DNA of 35,969 bases from Actinomycetota bacterium. GTDB taxonomy: Bacteria > Actinomycetota > Actinomycetes > Propionibacteriales > Propionibacteriaceae. The position numbers and the translations under genes are program-made. Numbering within the stretch: position 1 is the stretch's first letter; the number at the start of each line of letters is the position of its first letter. The stretch is taken from positions 1-35,969 of the forward strand of contig JACRAA010000041.1 of NCBI GenBank assembly GCA_016213595.1. Reading direction: 5' to 3'. Below are positions 25,398-33,096 of this stretch, piece after piece. The notes beneath the pieces were generated by a model. That model had not been told where the DNA came from and ran no database searches. It saw nothing but the letters and a program-made list of their open reading frames with translations.

Positions 25398-26417
25398 TCA
25401 CTGCGAGTCGGCCTGGCGTCTCCGCTGGGCGGCCGCCACAGCGTCGCGCTCAGCCTCGGAGCTGCTCGCCACCGCGGGTGCCGACGGAAGACCGACCTGG
25501 CGTCCTGTGTCCCCCTGGATCCGTACCACGTAGGTAGGGCGGTTCTGCGAGCTCATGTACAGCCGGCCCACGTAGTTGCCGATCACGCCCAGGCTCAGCA
25601 TCGTCAGGCCGGAGAAGAGCGACGTCATGGCGGCCTGGGAGGCCCAGCCGGCAGGGGTCGGGTCGGAGACGAAGTAGCTGATGATCACGTAGACGAACAG
25701 CCCGAGCCCCAGGAGGCAGGCGAAGTACCCGGCGACCGTCACGAACCGCAGCGCCTGGGTGGTGCCGGTGGTCATGTCCCAGGCGAGGCGTACCAGGGAG
25801 GACCAGGTGTAGCCCGAGCGGCCGTGGGTGCGTGTGTCCATCTTCACCGGCACGGCGATGACGCCGTTCGTCGACCATCCCAGCAGGACGTCGATGTACG
25901 CGGCGCCCGCCACCGAGCCGAACCCCTCCCGGAGGTCGGTGCGCATCGCGACGAACGACGAGAACAGCCGCGCGTTGGCGAGGCCCATCCGCTCCATGAC
26001 CCGCTTCACGCCCTGGCTCGTCGCGTTGCGCCACACGTTGTGCTCCTCGTCGACGGCGTTGCCGTAGACGACGTCGACGAGCGGGTCCGCCAGCGGCTCC
26101 AGCAGGAGGTGGATCTCCTCCGGGCGGTGCTGGAGGTCGTCGTCCATGAGGACGGTCACCTCGTACCGCGCGCGGTCGATGCCGGCGAGGCTGGCGTGGT
26201 GCTGTCCGTAGTTGCGCCGGAGGAGGACGGCCGTCACGCGGGGGTCCTCGATCTCGAGGCTCCGTGCGACGGCGTACGTGTCGTCCGGCGAGCCGTCGAC
26301 GATGAGCAGGATCTCGTACGCCTCCGCCACGTCGGCCAGTGACGCGTGCAACCTGGCGACGAGCTCGGGCAGACTGTCGCGGGAGCGGTAGCAGGGGATG
26401 ACGACGGAGACGTTCAC
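25398..26417 (-). CDS. Family 2 glycosyltransferase, polyprenyl-phosphate sugar synthase type (ArnC/GtrB/PpgS-like)
   Basis: VSVVIPCYRS...LLIVDGSPDDT...RNYGQHHA...MDDDLQHRPEE plus two C-terminal TM helices. GTG start at 26417. Confidence 0.85.
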   Translation of the reverse strand: MNVSVVIPCYRSRDSLPELVARLHASLADVAEAYEILLIVDGSPDDTYAVARSLEIEDPRVTAVLLRRNYGQHHASLAGIDRARYEVTVLMDDDLQHRPEEIHLLLEPLADPLVDVVYGNAVDEEHNVWRNATSQGVKRVMERMGLANARLFSSFVAMRTDLREGFGSVAGAAYIDVLLGWSTNGVIAVPVKMDTRTHGRSGYTWSSLVRLAWDMTTGTTQALRFVTVAGYFACLLGLGLFVYVIISYFVSDPTPAGWASQAAMTSLFSGLTMLSLGVIGNYVGRLYMSSQNRPTYVVRIQGDTGRQVGLPSAPAVASSSEAERDAVAAAQRRRQADSQ

Positions 26418-26452
26418 AGCTAGGGATTATCCCCGACGGTCTCCTGTCCGTC

Positions 26453-26674
26453 ATGCACCTGGCTGGTCGAGCGGGCACGAGCCGCGTCGACCGGCGTCCC
26501 CTCACCGAGGCGTACGCCTCGCCGTCCGTCTTCACCGGCACCTACCAGGTACCGCAGGCGAGCTACTTCCTCCTGGGGGACAACCGCGACGTCTCCAGCG
26601 ACGGCAGGAGTGGCGTGAGCCGTACGTGGGCGGGGCTGCGGTACGAGGACGCCTCCTCGGCGCACGCGCACTGA
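26453..26674 (+). pseudogene. Signal peptidase I (LepB) C-terminal relic
   Basis: VDRRPLTEAYASPSVFTGTYQVPQASYFLLGDNRDVSSDGR matches the LepB box E region (VP.G.YF.LGDNR..S.DSR). The N-terminal catalytic Ser/Lys boxes are absent, because that space is occupied by the GT2 gene on the other strand. Confidence 0.55.
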
Positions 26675-26682
26675 GCCCTCGC

Positions 26683-27609
26683 TCAGAGTCCCCTGCTCGC
26701 GGCGCGCCGGATGCGCCCGTCGCCGTACCGCACCCCGCCGGCGGCTCGCTGGGCTATCGCCGGCCAGACGCAGACCGCCCGTTCGAGGACCCAGAGGGGA
26801 GCCCAGAGGGCTGCGGTGACGGGGAAGACGCGCCCGCCTCCAGCACGGCGCCGGCCGACCTCGGCGAGCCCGATAGCGACCAGCGCCAGCAGGCCGAGCG
26901 CTCGCGGTCTGTGCCGCAAGCCCACGATGACGGGAAGCAGCGCAGCCTCGACGACCAGGCGTGACGGTTGGGCGAAGTCGTCGTAGGCCTGCCGGACGCG
27001 CTGGCTGACGAAGTGAGCAGCAGTGGGCGGCCGCCGGCCGACGTACAGGTCGTCGGCCAGCTCCACGACACCGCCGCGCGCCCCGACCGTACGGATGAGC
27101 TCCAGGTTCTCGAACAGCACGTCCCCGTCGTACCCCTCCGGCAGGACGATGCCCCTGCGGACGATCAGGGTGCCCGGGTAGTCGCTGCCGAGAGCCCGGT
27201 TGAGCAGCTGCCGGCCGGTGTCCCAGCGCGCATGCCACGGCCAGTCCGTGAACACGTTCTGCGGCGCGACGAGGTCGGCCTGCTCCAGCCGCCGGAGACC
27301 CTCTGCGAGCGCGTCCCGCTCGTACCGCACGTCGTCGTCGGCGATCACGACAGCCTCATGCCGGGCGAGAGTGAGACCCGTCATCACTCCTTTGACCTTG
27401 CCGTTGCGTCCAGGCCAGTCCCCAGGCGGGAGGACGCGAGCGTACGGGGACCACACCTGGAGGTGCTGGGCGAACAGGTCCGCCGGGGAGCCGTCGACGA
27501 CGGTCACGTCGACGAGGCCGGCGAGCCCGCGCAGGTAGTCCGTGAGGTCGTCGAGGTCGGCGTCGTCCTGCCACCGGGGCGGCAGGACGTACTCGGCCGT
27601 CGCCGTCAT
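26683..27609 (-). CDS. GT-A fold (family 2-like) glycosyltransferase with C-terminal membrane helices
   Basis: VTVVDGSP, VIADDDV (DXD motif) and C-terminal hydrophobic segments. ATG 27609 overlaps the DUF1989 stop (ATGA). The track ORF upstream of that point is unsupported. Confidence 0.7.
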   Translation of the reverse strand: MTATAEYVLPPRWQDDADLDDLTDYLRGLAGLVDVTVVDGSPADLFAQHLQVWSPYARVLPPGDWPGRNGKVKGVMTGLTLARHEAVVIADDDVRYERDALAEGLRRLEQADLVAPQNVFTDWPWHARWDTGRQLLNRALGSDYPGTLIVRRGIVLPEGYDGDVLFENLELIRTVGARGGVVELADDLYVGRRPPTAAHFVSQRVRQAYDDFAQPSRLVVEAALLPVIVGLRHRPRALGLLALVAIGLAEVGRRRAGGGRVFPVTAALWAPLWVLERAVCVWPAIAQRAAGGVRYGDGRIRRAASRGL

Positions 27610-28214
27610 GTCGAAGGACCGTCCTCCTGTCGGGGCACGATCGCGTAGTCGACAGGCTTGCAGATCCCGCCGTTTGACTTCTCTGCGGAACAGGCCGTGA
27701 GGGCTACGAAGAGGTCCATCTGCGCCTCGACGACGAACCGGTCTCCTGGCTTCGACCGGGGTGGGTCGATGTGCATGATCCCGTTGTCGTCCGTCCAGAC
27801 GTTCATGAAGATGTTGAACGAGGTGCCGATCTGGTCGTCGGTGACACCGTACGGAGCCAGCCCTGTCGCGAGGTTCTCCAGGCAGCTGGGGTGCCGCTCC
27901 CCGTGGAGCTCCGGGTAGAGGAGGTCGAACGTCTGCTGGCTGCACGGTGTGAGCGTGAAGTCGTGCCGGCCGCAGTCGTCCTCGATGATCCGGAACATCG
28001 GGCGCGACCTGTTGCTGTACAGCAGGTCGTTGGTCGTCTGGTAGATGCAGTTGGCGTAGTCGATCGTCCTGCCGCTGGACAGCCATTCACGGGTGTCGTC
28101 CGCGCTCACGGCGAACAGGTCGCTGACCTGGCCACCGGTCGTGTCGACGACGACGAGGAGGTCACCCTCCTTCAGCTCGAACCCCGCGCCGGTCTGCGGT
28201 TCCAGCCTGTTCAT
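27606..28214 (-). CDS. DUF1989 (urea carboxylase-associated / YcgI-like) family protein
   Basis: GGQVSDLFAV...LYSNRSRPMFRIIEDDCGRHDF...HPSCLENL...FNIFMNV...KPGD...ACSAEKSNGG is the DUF1989 pattern as I recall it. The ATG overlaps the upstream stop (ATGA at 28211-28214). Confidence 0.75.
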   Translation of the reverse strand: MNRLEPQTGAGFELKEGDLLVVVDTTGGQVSDLFAVSADDTREWLSSGRTIDYANCIYQTTNDLLYSNRSRPMFRIIEDDCGRHDFTLTPCSQQTFDLLYPELHGERHPSCLENLATGLAPYGVTDDQIGTSFNIFMNVWTDDNGIMHIDPPRSKPGDRFVVEAQMDLFVALTACSAEKSNGGICKPVDYAIVPRQEDGPST

Positions 28215-28957
28215 GCAGCCTCGTTTCCTGGTGGCGGATCATCAGAGGTGGTCAGGTCGACAGGAGGCTGCCAGCCGTCCGGGACAGCCCGGCCCGAGTA
28301 CTGCCGCGCCTCGGAGATGGAGCCGTGGTCGGCCACCATGGGGTTCACATACCCCTGGAGACGTACGTCGCGGCGACGGATGGTGTCGCGCATCCTCTCG
28401 TACCGTCCGGACGCTCGCAGGGCCTCGAACTGCCGGTGCAGGTTGAAGACCAGGACCGGCCAGGGGGTGCGGCGGGCGATGCGCGAGGCCTGCGGATGCA
28501 TCCCGATGACGAAGAAGGCGACCCCGGCCAGGCTGAACGCGAAGTGCGGGTTCGACGGGTCGGCCGAGACGCTCGTATCCCACTCCTGGGACTCGCCCTG
28601 GTCCAGGTCATGGAGCAGGCTGAGCTGGCGCCACAGCAGCGCCTCGAACTCCGCCTCGGAGGAGACGACCGGGCCGCGGAACACCGCCACGAACGAGACG
28701 AAGGTGTCGTCGTCGGCCTCCAGCCCCGTGGTCCTCGCGTACGAGGCGAGCGCCTCGTACAGCTGCGTACTGTCCGGGTCGGCGAGCTCGTCGACCATCT
28801 CGATGTGTGCGGACCGACGGGTGAACACCGAGCGCGCGCCCAGGCAGGGGTAGTCGTCTCTGAGCACCAACGCGCGCAGAGACTCCGCCATGTGCTCGGG
28901 AGTGAGGGCAGGCGTGGTCACGTCGCGCTCATTGCCTGACGCGAATGTGCGATTCAC
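28211..28957 (-). CDS. YqcI/YcgG family protein (family of heme-dependent N-hydroxylase GntA)
   Basis: DYPCLGARSVF, FVSFVAVF, FEALLWRQL, NPHFAFSLAGVAFFVIGMHPQASRIARR, LVFNLHRQF, IRRRD and SEARQYSG. Start at GTG 28957 after GGGAGGAGG. Confidence 0.8.
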   Translation of the reverse strand: MNRTFASGNERDVTTPALTPEHMAESLRALVLRDDYPCLGARSVFTRRSAHIEMVDELADPDSTQLYEALASYARTTGLEADDDTFVSFVAVFRGPVVSSEAEFEALLWRQLSLLHDLDQGESQEWDTSVSADPSNPHFAFSLAGVAFFVIGMHPQASRIARRTPWPVLVFNLHRQFEALRASGRYERMRDTIRRRDVRLQGYVNPMVADHGSISEARQYSGRAVPDGWQPPVDLTTSDDPPPGNEAA

Positions 28958-29129
28958 CCGCCCTCCTCCCTTTCCTGGAACATCTCCGGCTAGCCCCCAG
29001 ATACCCCCACCCCTTCCCAGCAAAACGGTTTCGGGCGCTGCGTCGGGGCCTGCACGACCGTGAAGGGGCGTTCAGCGGAGAGCGCTCACACGGGACATCA
29101 CGAGGGCTTGGGGATGGGAGAGGTGGGTA

Positions 29130-30851
29130 TTGAAGGCCGTGCACACATCGAAGGAGCCTCGGCCCGAGCCGAGCGAAGAAGCCGCTGTCTCCGTGAAGGA
29201 GCTGCGCCGCATCGCGACCGATGACTTCGGGATCGCCGACCTGCGTCAAGGCCAGGTCGACGCGATGGTCGCAGCGACGCAGGGCCGGGACGTGCTCGCC
29301 GTCATGCCCACCGGGTACGGCAAGTCGGCGATCTACGAGGTGCTCGGAGCCAGCGAGGAGGCCCTGACGCTCGTGATCTCGCCCCTGATCGCGCTGCAGC
29401 GCGACCAGGTACGCGCCCTGGGTGAGGCGCCCGGCGCTCAGCGAGCCGTAGCCCTCAACTCGTCCTTGGGCGTCACAGCTGAGGAGCAGCTGTGGCAGGA
29501 CGCCACGGCCCAGCAGGTCAGCTACCTGTTCCTGTCGCCCGAGCAGCTCGCCAACGACGCCGTACTGGACCGTCTGCGAGCTCTGAAGATCGGCCGGGTG
29601 GCAGTCGACGAGGCCCACTGCGTCTCGGCCTGGGGCCATGACTTCCGGCCCGACTACCTCGCCATCGGCTCGGTCGTCGAGCAGCTGGGCCATCCGGTGG
29701 TGATCGCTCTGACAGCCACGGCTGCTCCGCCCGTACGGGAGGAGATCATCGCGCGCCTGGGCCTGCGTGATCCCGTCGTGGTCGTCCGGGGCTTCGACCG
29801 GCCGAACCTCGAGCTCGCTGTCCACCGCTACACCAGCGGGCAGGAGAAGGAGGCCGCACTCCTGCGCGAGGCCGTCGAGCGAGCTCAGGCCGCGGCCGGC
29901 TCGGGAGTCGGGCTGGTGTACGTCGCTCGTCGTCGGCAGACGGAGGACTACGCCGCAGCCCTTCGGGACCAGGGGGTTCGGGCGTACGCCTATCACGCAG
30001 GCTTGCCGACGAAGGAGCGCAACGGCGCGCAGAAGGCGTTCGACGACGGCGAGCTGGACGTCGTCGTCGCGACGAGCGCCTTCGGCATGGGCATCGACCA
30101 CCCACACGTCCGGTTCGTCCTGCACGACTCGCCGCCGGGCTCCGTGGACGACTACTACCAGGAGATCGGCCGGGCGGGCAGGGATGGGGAGCCGGCCGCT
30201 GTGACCCTCCACTACCGCCCGGAGGACCTGTCGCTCCGCAGGTTCTTCTCGTCGAAGAAACTGCCGGAGGAGGACCTGCGTGCCTGCCTGCAGGCGCTGG
30301 GGTCGGGCGCCGACACCCTCGCCGCGGTCCGTCGCGTGACGGGTCTCGGACCACGCGCGGCCTCCGCCGCCGTCAACCTGCTGGTCCTCACCGGCGCCCT
30401 GAACCGTCAGGCAGGGAAGCTGCACCCCATCGGCAGCCGCGATCCGCGGCAGGTGCTCGCCGAGGCCTCTCGTCTCGTGGACGCGCGCGAACGGATAGAG
30501 CGGTCCCGCGTGGAGATGATGCGAGGGTACGCGGAGACTCAGGGCTGCCGTCGGGAGTTCCTCCTCAGCTACTTCGGGGAGGACTTCGCGGGGCCGTGCG
30601 GCAGCTGCGACAACTGCCTCTCGGGCGCGACCAAGGCGCACCAGAGCAGCGTCAGCTCCCCGTCGAGCGCCGGTGAGGACGGCTTCACTCCGGGAGCGCA
30701 GGTCGTGCACGAGAAGTGGGCCGAGGGCACCGTGATGCGCGTCGAGGACGACCGGATCACCGTCTTCTTCGAGGAGCAGGGCTATCGCACGCTCGACCGC
30801 GAGCTAGTGGCCGACAGGGGGATCGTTGCTGTTCGAGAGCCGGGCGAGTGA
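29130..30851 (+). CDS. RecQ family ATP-dependent DNA helicase with C-terminal Tudor-like tail
   Basis: MPTGYGKS, DEAHCVSAWGHDFRPDY, ATSAFGMGIDHP, QEIGRAGRDG and the Zn-binding CRREFLLSYFGE...CGSCDNC. The TTG start is uncertain. Confidence 0.85.
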   Translation: MKAVHTSKEPRPEPSEEAAVSVKELRRIATDDFGIADLRQGQVDAMVAATQGRDVLAVMPTGYGKSAIYEVLGASEEALTLVISPLIALQRDQVRALGEAPGAQRAVALNSSLGVTAEEQLWQDATAQQVSYLFLSPEQLANDAVLDRLRALKIGRVAVDEAHCVSAWGHDFRPDYLAIGSVVEQLGHPVVIALTATAAPPVREEIIARLGLRDPVVVVRGFDRPNLELAVHRYTSGQEKEAALLREAVERAQAAAGSGVGLVYVARRRQTEDYAAALRDQGVRAYAYHAGLPTKERNGAQKAFDDGELDVVVATSAFGMGIDHPHVRFVLHDSPPGSVDDYYQEIGRAGRDGEPAAVTLHYRPEDLSLRRFFSSKKLPEEDLRACLQALGSGADTLAAVRRVTGLGPRAASAAVNLLVLTGALNRQAGKLHPIGSRDPRQVLAEASRLVDARERIERSRVEMMRGYAETQGCRREFLLSYFGEDFAGPCGSCDNCLSGATKAHQSSVSSPSSAGEDGFTPGAQVVHEKWAEGTVMRVEDDRITVFFEEQGYRTLDRELVADRGIVAVREPGE

Positions 30852-30914
30852 GACCGCTCACCGCTCGTGCCGCCCGCGGCGCTCCCGTCGCAGATTCCCT
30901 GGCAGGCAGGCGCT

Positions 30915-30931
30915 CTCGCAGGCCCTGCGAG
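30915..30931 (+). terminator. Hairpin CTCGCAG-GCC-CTGCGAG downstream of the recQ-like gene
   Basis: Perfect 7-bp stem with a 3-nt loop. No U-tract, so it would be an I-shaped, actinobacterial-type terminator if functional. Confidence 0.3.
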
Positions 30932-31025
30932 GTACGGTTGGCTCGTGTAAAGCAAGCAGATGGGTCTCCCACGAGGACCCTTCATGTCCGTCTCGTCGTA
31001 CCGGCGGCTGAGGGTAAGGAGCAGG

Positions 31026-31751
31026 ATGTCGCAGCATCCCCTTTCTGAGCGTGGCGCGATGACTCTGTCCGAGTTCGCTCGCCAGGCGAACGGTCCGAGC
31101 CTCGAGTCCACGCGGCTCGAGCTGGGCCTGAGCCTTGTCGTGGAGCTGGTGGACGGGTGCGACCAAGCGGGCGTGATGACGATGACGCGACAGGGCCCGC
31201 AGACGACCACGGCAACCTCAGACCTCGTCTACCGGTCCGACCGGCTGCAGTACGAGCTGGAGGAGGGACCGGCCCTCGACTCCTTCCGGCTGCTGTCCAC
31301 GGTGATGAGTGGTGCCATCGGGCGGGACCGGCGCTGGCCGCGCTGGGGACCCGCCGTTGCTGGGCGTTACGGCGTGGGTTCCGTCCTGTCCGTCGTGCTC
31401 TCGGGCCGGGGAGCTCCCTTCGGCGTGCTGAACCTGTACGGAGTCCGCGGTGACGCCTTCAACGACTCCGAGATCCTGGTCGCCGAGTCGCTGGCCGGTC
31501 TCCTCGCCGTCGTCCTGGCTGAAGGTCGGGACATCGACAACCTGGAGCGCGCGGTGGCCAGCCGGACAGCGATCGGACAGGCCGAAGGCATCCTCATGGA
31601 GCGCCACAAGCTGAGCGCCGAGGAAGCCTTCGATGTCCTGCGTCGCGCCTCGCAGAGCAGGAATGTGAAGCTCGTCACCGTTGCGGAGGAGCTCATCACT
31701 ACTGGGCAGCTGAACGCCAGGCCGACACGGCAACAGCTTCGGGGGCTGTGA
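31026..31751 (+). CDS. GAF domain + ANTAR domain RNA-binding regulator
   Basis: GAF-like LQYELEEGPALDS...GSVLSVVL...GVLNLY. The ANTAR domain IGQAEGILMERHKLSAEEAFDVLRRASQSRNVKLVTVAEELI is canonical. ATG follows AAGGAGCAGG. Confidence 0.85.
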   Translation: MSQHPLSERGAMTLSEFARQANGPSLESTRLELGLSLVVELVDGCDQAGVMTMTRQGPQTTTATSDLVYRSDRLQYELEEGPALDSFRLLSTVMSGAIGRDRRWPRWGPAVAGRYGVGSVLSVVLSGRGAPFGVLNLYGVRGDAFNDSEILVAESLAGLLAVVLAEGRDIDNLERAVASRTAIGQAEGILMERHKLSAEEAFDVLRRASQSRNVKLVTVAEELITTGQLNARPTRQQLRGL

Positions 31752-32001
31752 CGCGTCCTCTGACGACGTCCCACCGAGCCTGGCGCTGACGATGTCTGCA
31801 TGCCGTTTCCCGCTGCGTCACCGCTGATCCCCGTGCCCTGATGTCGGGTAGGTTGGGAAGCGCCGGATCTTCTGGCCGGTGATGCAGGTGTGGTCTGTGT
31901 GGAAGTCGGCCAGTCCTAAGGCGGACCGGCCACCGGGGGTACGCCCTCATCGCAAGTGTCGTGCTGCGGTTGGAAGAACGTGGAGGGTGCCCGTGAGCGC
32001 C

Positions 32002-32715
32002 ATGGATACCGGGATCGACCAGCTGACCATCGCTGTCGCGAGCATGAGCGGCCTGCTCGTGAGCCACGAAGCGGCGGCGGCAGCCGTCGAGAAGCTCGCT
32101 CAGGTCGCGCGGGACATGGTCCCGTCGGCGGTCGGGGCGGGGGCTTCCTTGATGGACGACAAGGGCAGCAGAATCAGCACCGCGACCACCGACCGGATCG
32201 CCATGATCGCTGACGAGCTGCAGTACGAGCTGGGCCAGGGGCCGTGCATCAGCGCGTGGGCCACAAGCTCTGTGCAGAGGCTGGACGACACCGAGTCCGA
32301 CACGATCTGGTCGCGCTGGTCCAGCGGGGCCCGAGATCTGGGGATCCGCTCCGTGCTGAGCGCCCCACTGGTCTTCCGAGGCGACGTCATCGGTGCCCTC
32401 AAGGTCTACAGCACGTCCGTCTCCGCGTTCGACGAGGACGATGAGCGCCGGCTGGTCCTTCTGTCCGCCGCGGCAGCGACGTTGCTCGGCGTGGCGAGCG
32501 GACCCGAGGCTCCCCGCAAGCTCTCGGAGACCCTTGCCGCCGCCCTGTCCGCCCGGAACGCTGTGGAGACCGCAACGGGCATCCTCATGGAGCGTCACCA
32601 GATGGATCTGGAGGCCGCACGGTACAGGCTCATCGAGCTGTCGAGGACCAGCGCTGAACCCCTGGCCGATGTCGCTCGGAGCGTACTCGACCGGTCATCG
32701 GACACCTCACGCTAG
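32002..32715 (+). CDS. GAF domain + ANTAR domain regulator (diverged paralogue)
   Basis: ELQYELGQGPCISAW, SVLSAPL and GALKVYS in the GAF part. The ANTAR part is VETATGILMERHQMDLEAARYRLIELSRTSAEPLADVARSVL. GTG 31993 is an alternative start. Confidence 0.8.
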   Translation: MDTGIDQLTIAVASMSGLLVSHEAAAAAVEKLAQVARDMVPSAVGAGASLMDDKGSRISTATTDRIAMIADELQYELGQGPCISAWATSSVQRLDDTESDTIWSRWSSGARDLGIRSVLSAPLVFRGDVIGALKVYSTSVSAFDEDDERRLVLLSAAAATLLGVASGPEAPRKLSETLAAALSARNAVETATGILMERHQMDLEAARYRLIELSRTSAEPLADVARSVLDRSSDTSR

Positions 32716-32724
32716 GGAGGGGGG

Positions 32725-33033
32725 GTGGACGACGCCGACATCGGCCGGGAACAGGCACGGCTCGTACGACTGGCCATCGTCCGTGCCCACCTGGAGCTGG
32801 AGGACGTGTGGCTGCACTTCTTCAGCCTGGGCGGAGATGTGGGAGCGATGGAGGTGGAGGCCTACCTGCATCATGCCTTCGTCCTGCCCAGGCTGCAGCG
32901 TGACCTGCTCGCCCACGCGGTCAACGAGCTGATCGACCACAGGCCCAGCATGAAGGCCCCCTACGCGACCGACATCTCAGAGGCAGAGACCTCGTCGAAC
33001 CCGGCCGGCGACGACGACGCGCAGGAGTCGTGA
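32725..33033 (+). CDS. Small acidic hypothetical protein (102 aa) downstream of the ANTAR pair
   Basis: GTG follows GGGAGGGGGG, 10 nt after the upstream stop. High GC3. No family recognised. Confidence 0.6.
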   Translation: MDDADIGREQARLVRLAIVRAHLELEDVWLHFFSLGGDVGAMEVEAYLHHAFVLPRLQRDLLAHAVNELIDHRPSMKAPYATDISEAETSSNPAGDDDAQES

Positions 33034-33048
33034 GGCCTGCTCGGTCAA

Positions 33049-33079
33049 GGGCAGGGGGCTTCCAGCCTCGTACCTGCCC
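33049..33079. terminator. Hairpin between convergent genes (GGGCAGG ... CCTGCCC)
   Basis: 7-bp perfect stem with an inner GGCT/AGCC pairing. It lies in the 63-bp convergent gap. No U-tract. Confidence 0.4.
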
Positions 33080-33096
33080 CAAAGACCAGGTGGTCG

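Noticed and set aside
28958-29129. Guanidine riboswitch (ykkC, mini-ykkC or ykkC-III type) in the leader of the YcgG-DUF1989-GT2 operon, looked for because of the proposed guanidine link.
   Set aside because: I saw no paired ACGR-loop hairpins and no ACCCGG-type pseudoknot signature, only a G-rich tract. A covariance-model scan is still the proper test.
29130-30851. RecQ-family helicase as the core of an anti-phage defence system.
   Set aside because: There is no associated nuclease, methyltransferase, ATPase partner or other defence-type neighbour. The domain content looks like a housekeeping RecQ paralogue with the Zn-binding motif and a Tudor-like tail.
31752-32001. ANTAR dual-hairpin RNA target in the 250-nt gap between the two ANTAR genes.
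   Set aside because: Only weak 4-bp stems were found, for example GTCC-TAAGGC-GGAC. No pair of hexaloop hairpins with the conserved A1/G4 loop positions could be identified by eye.
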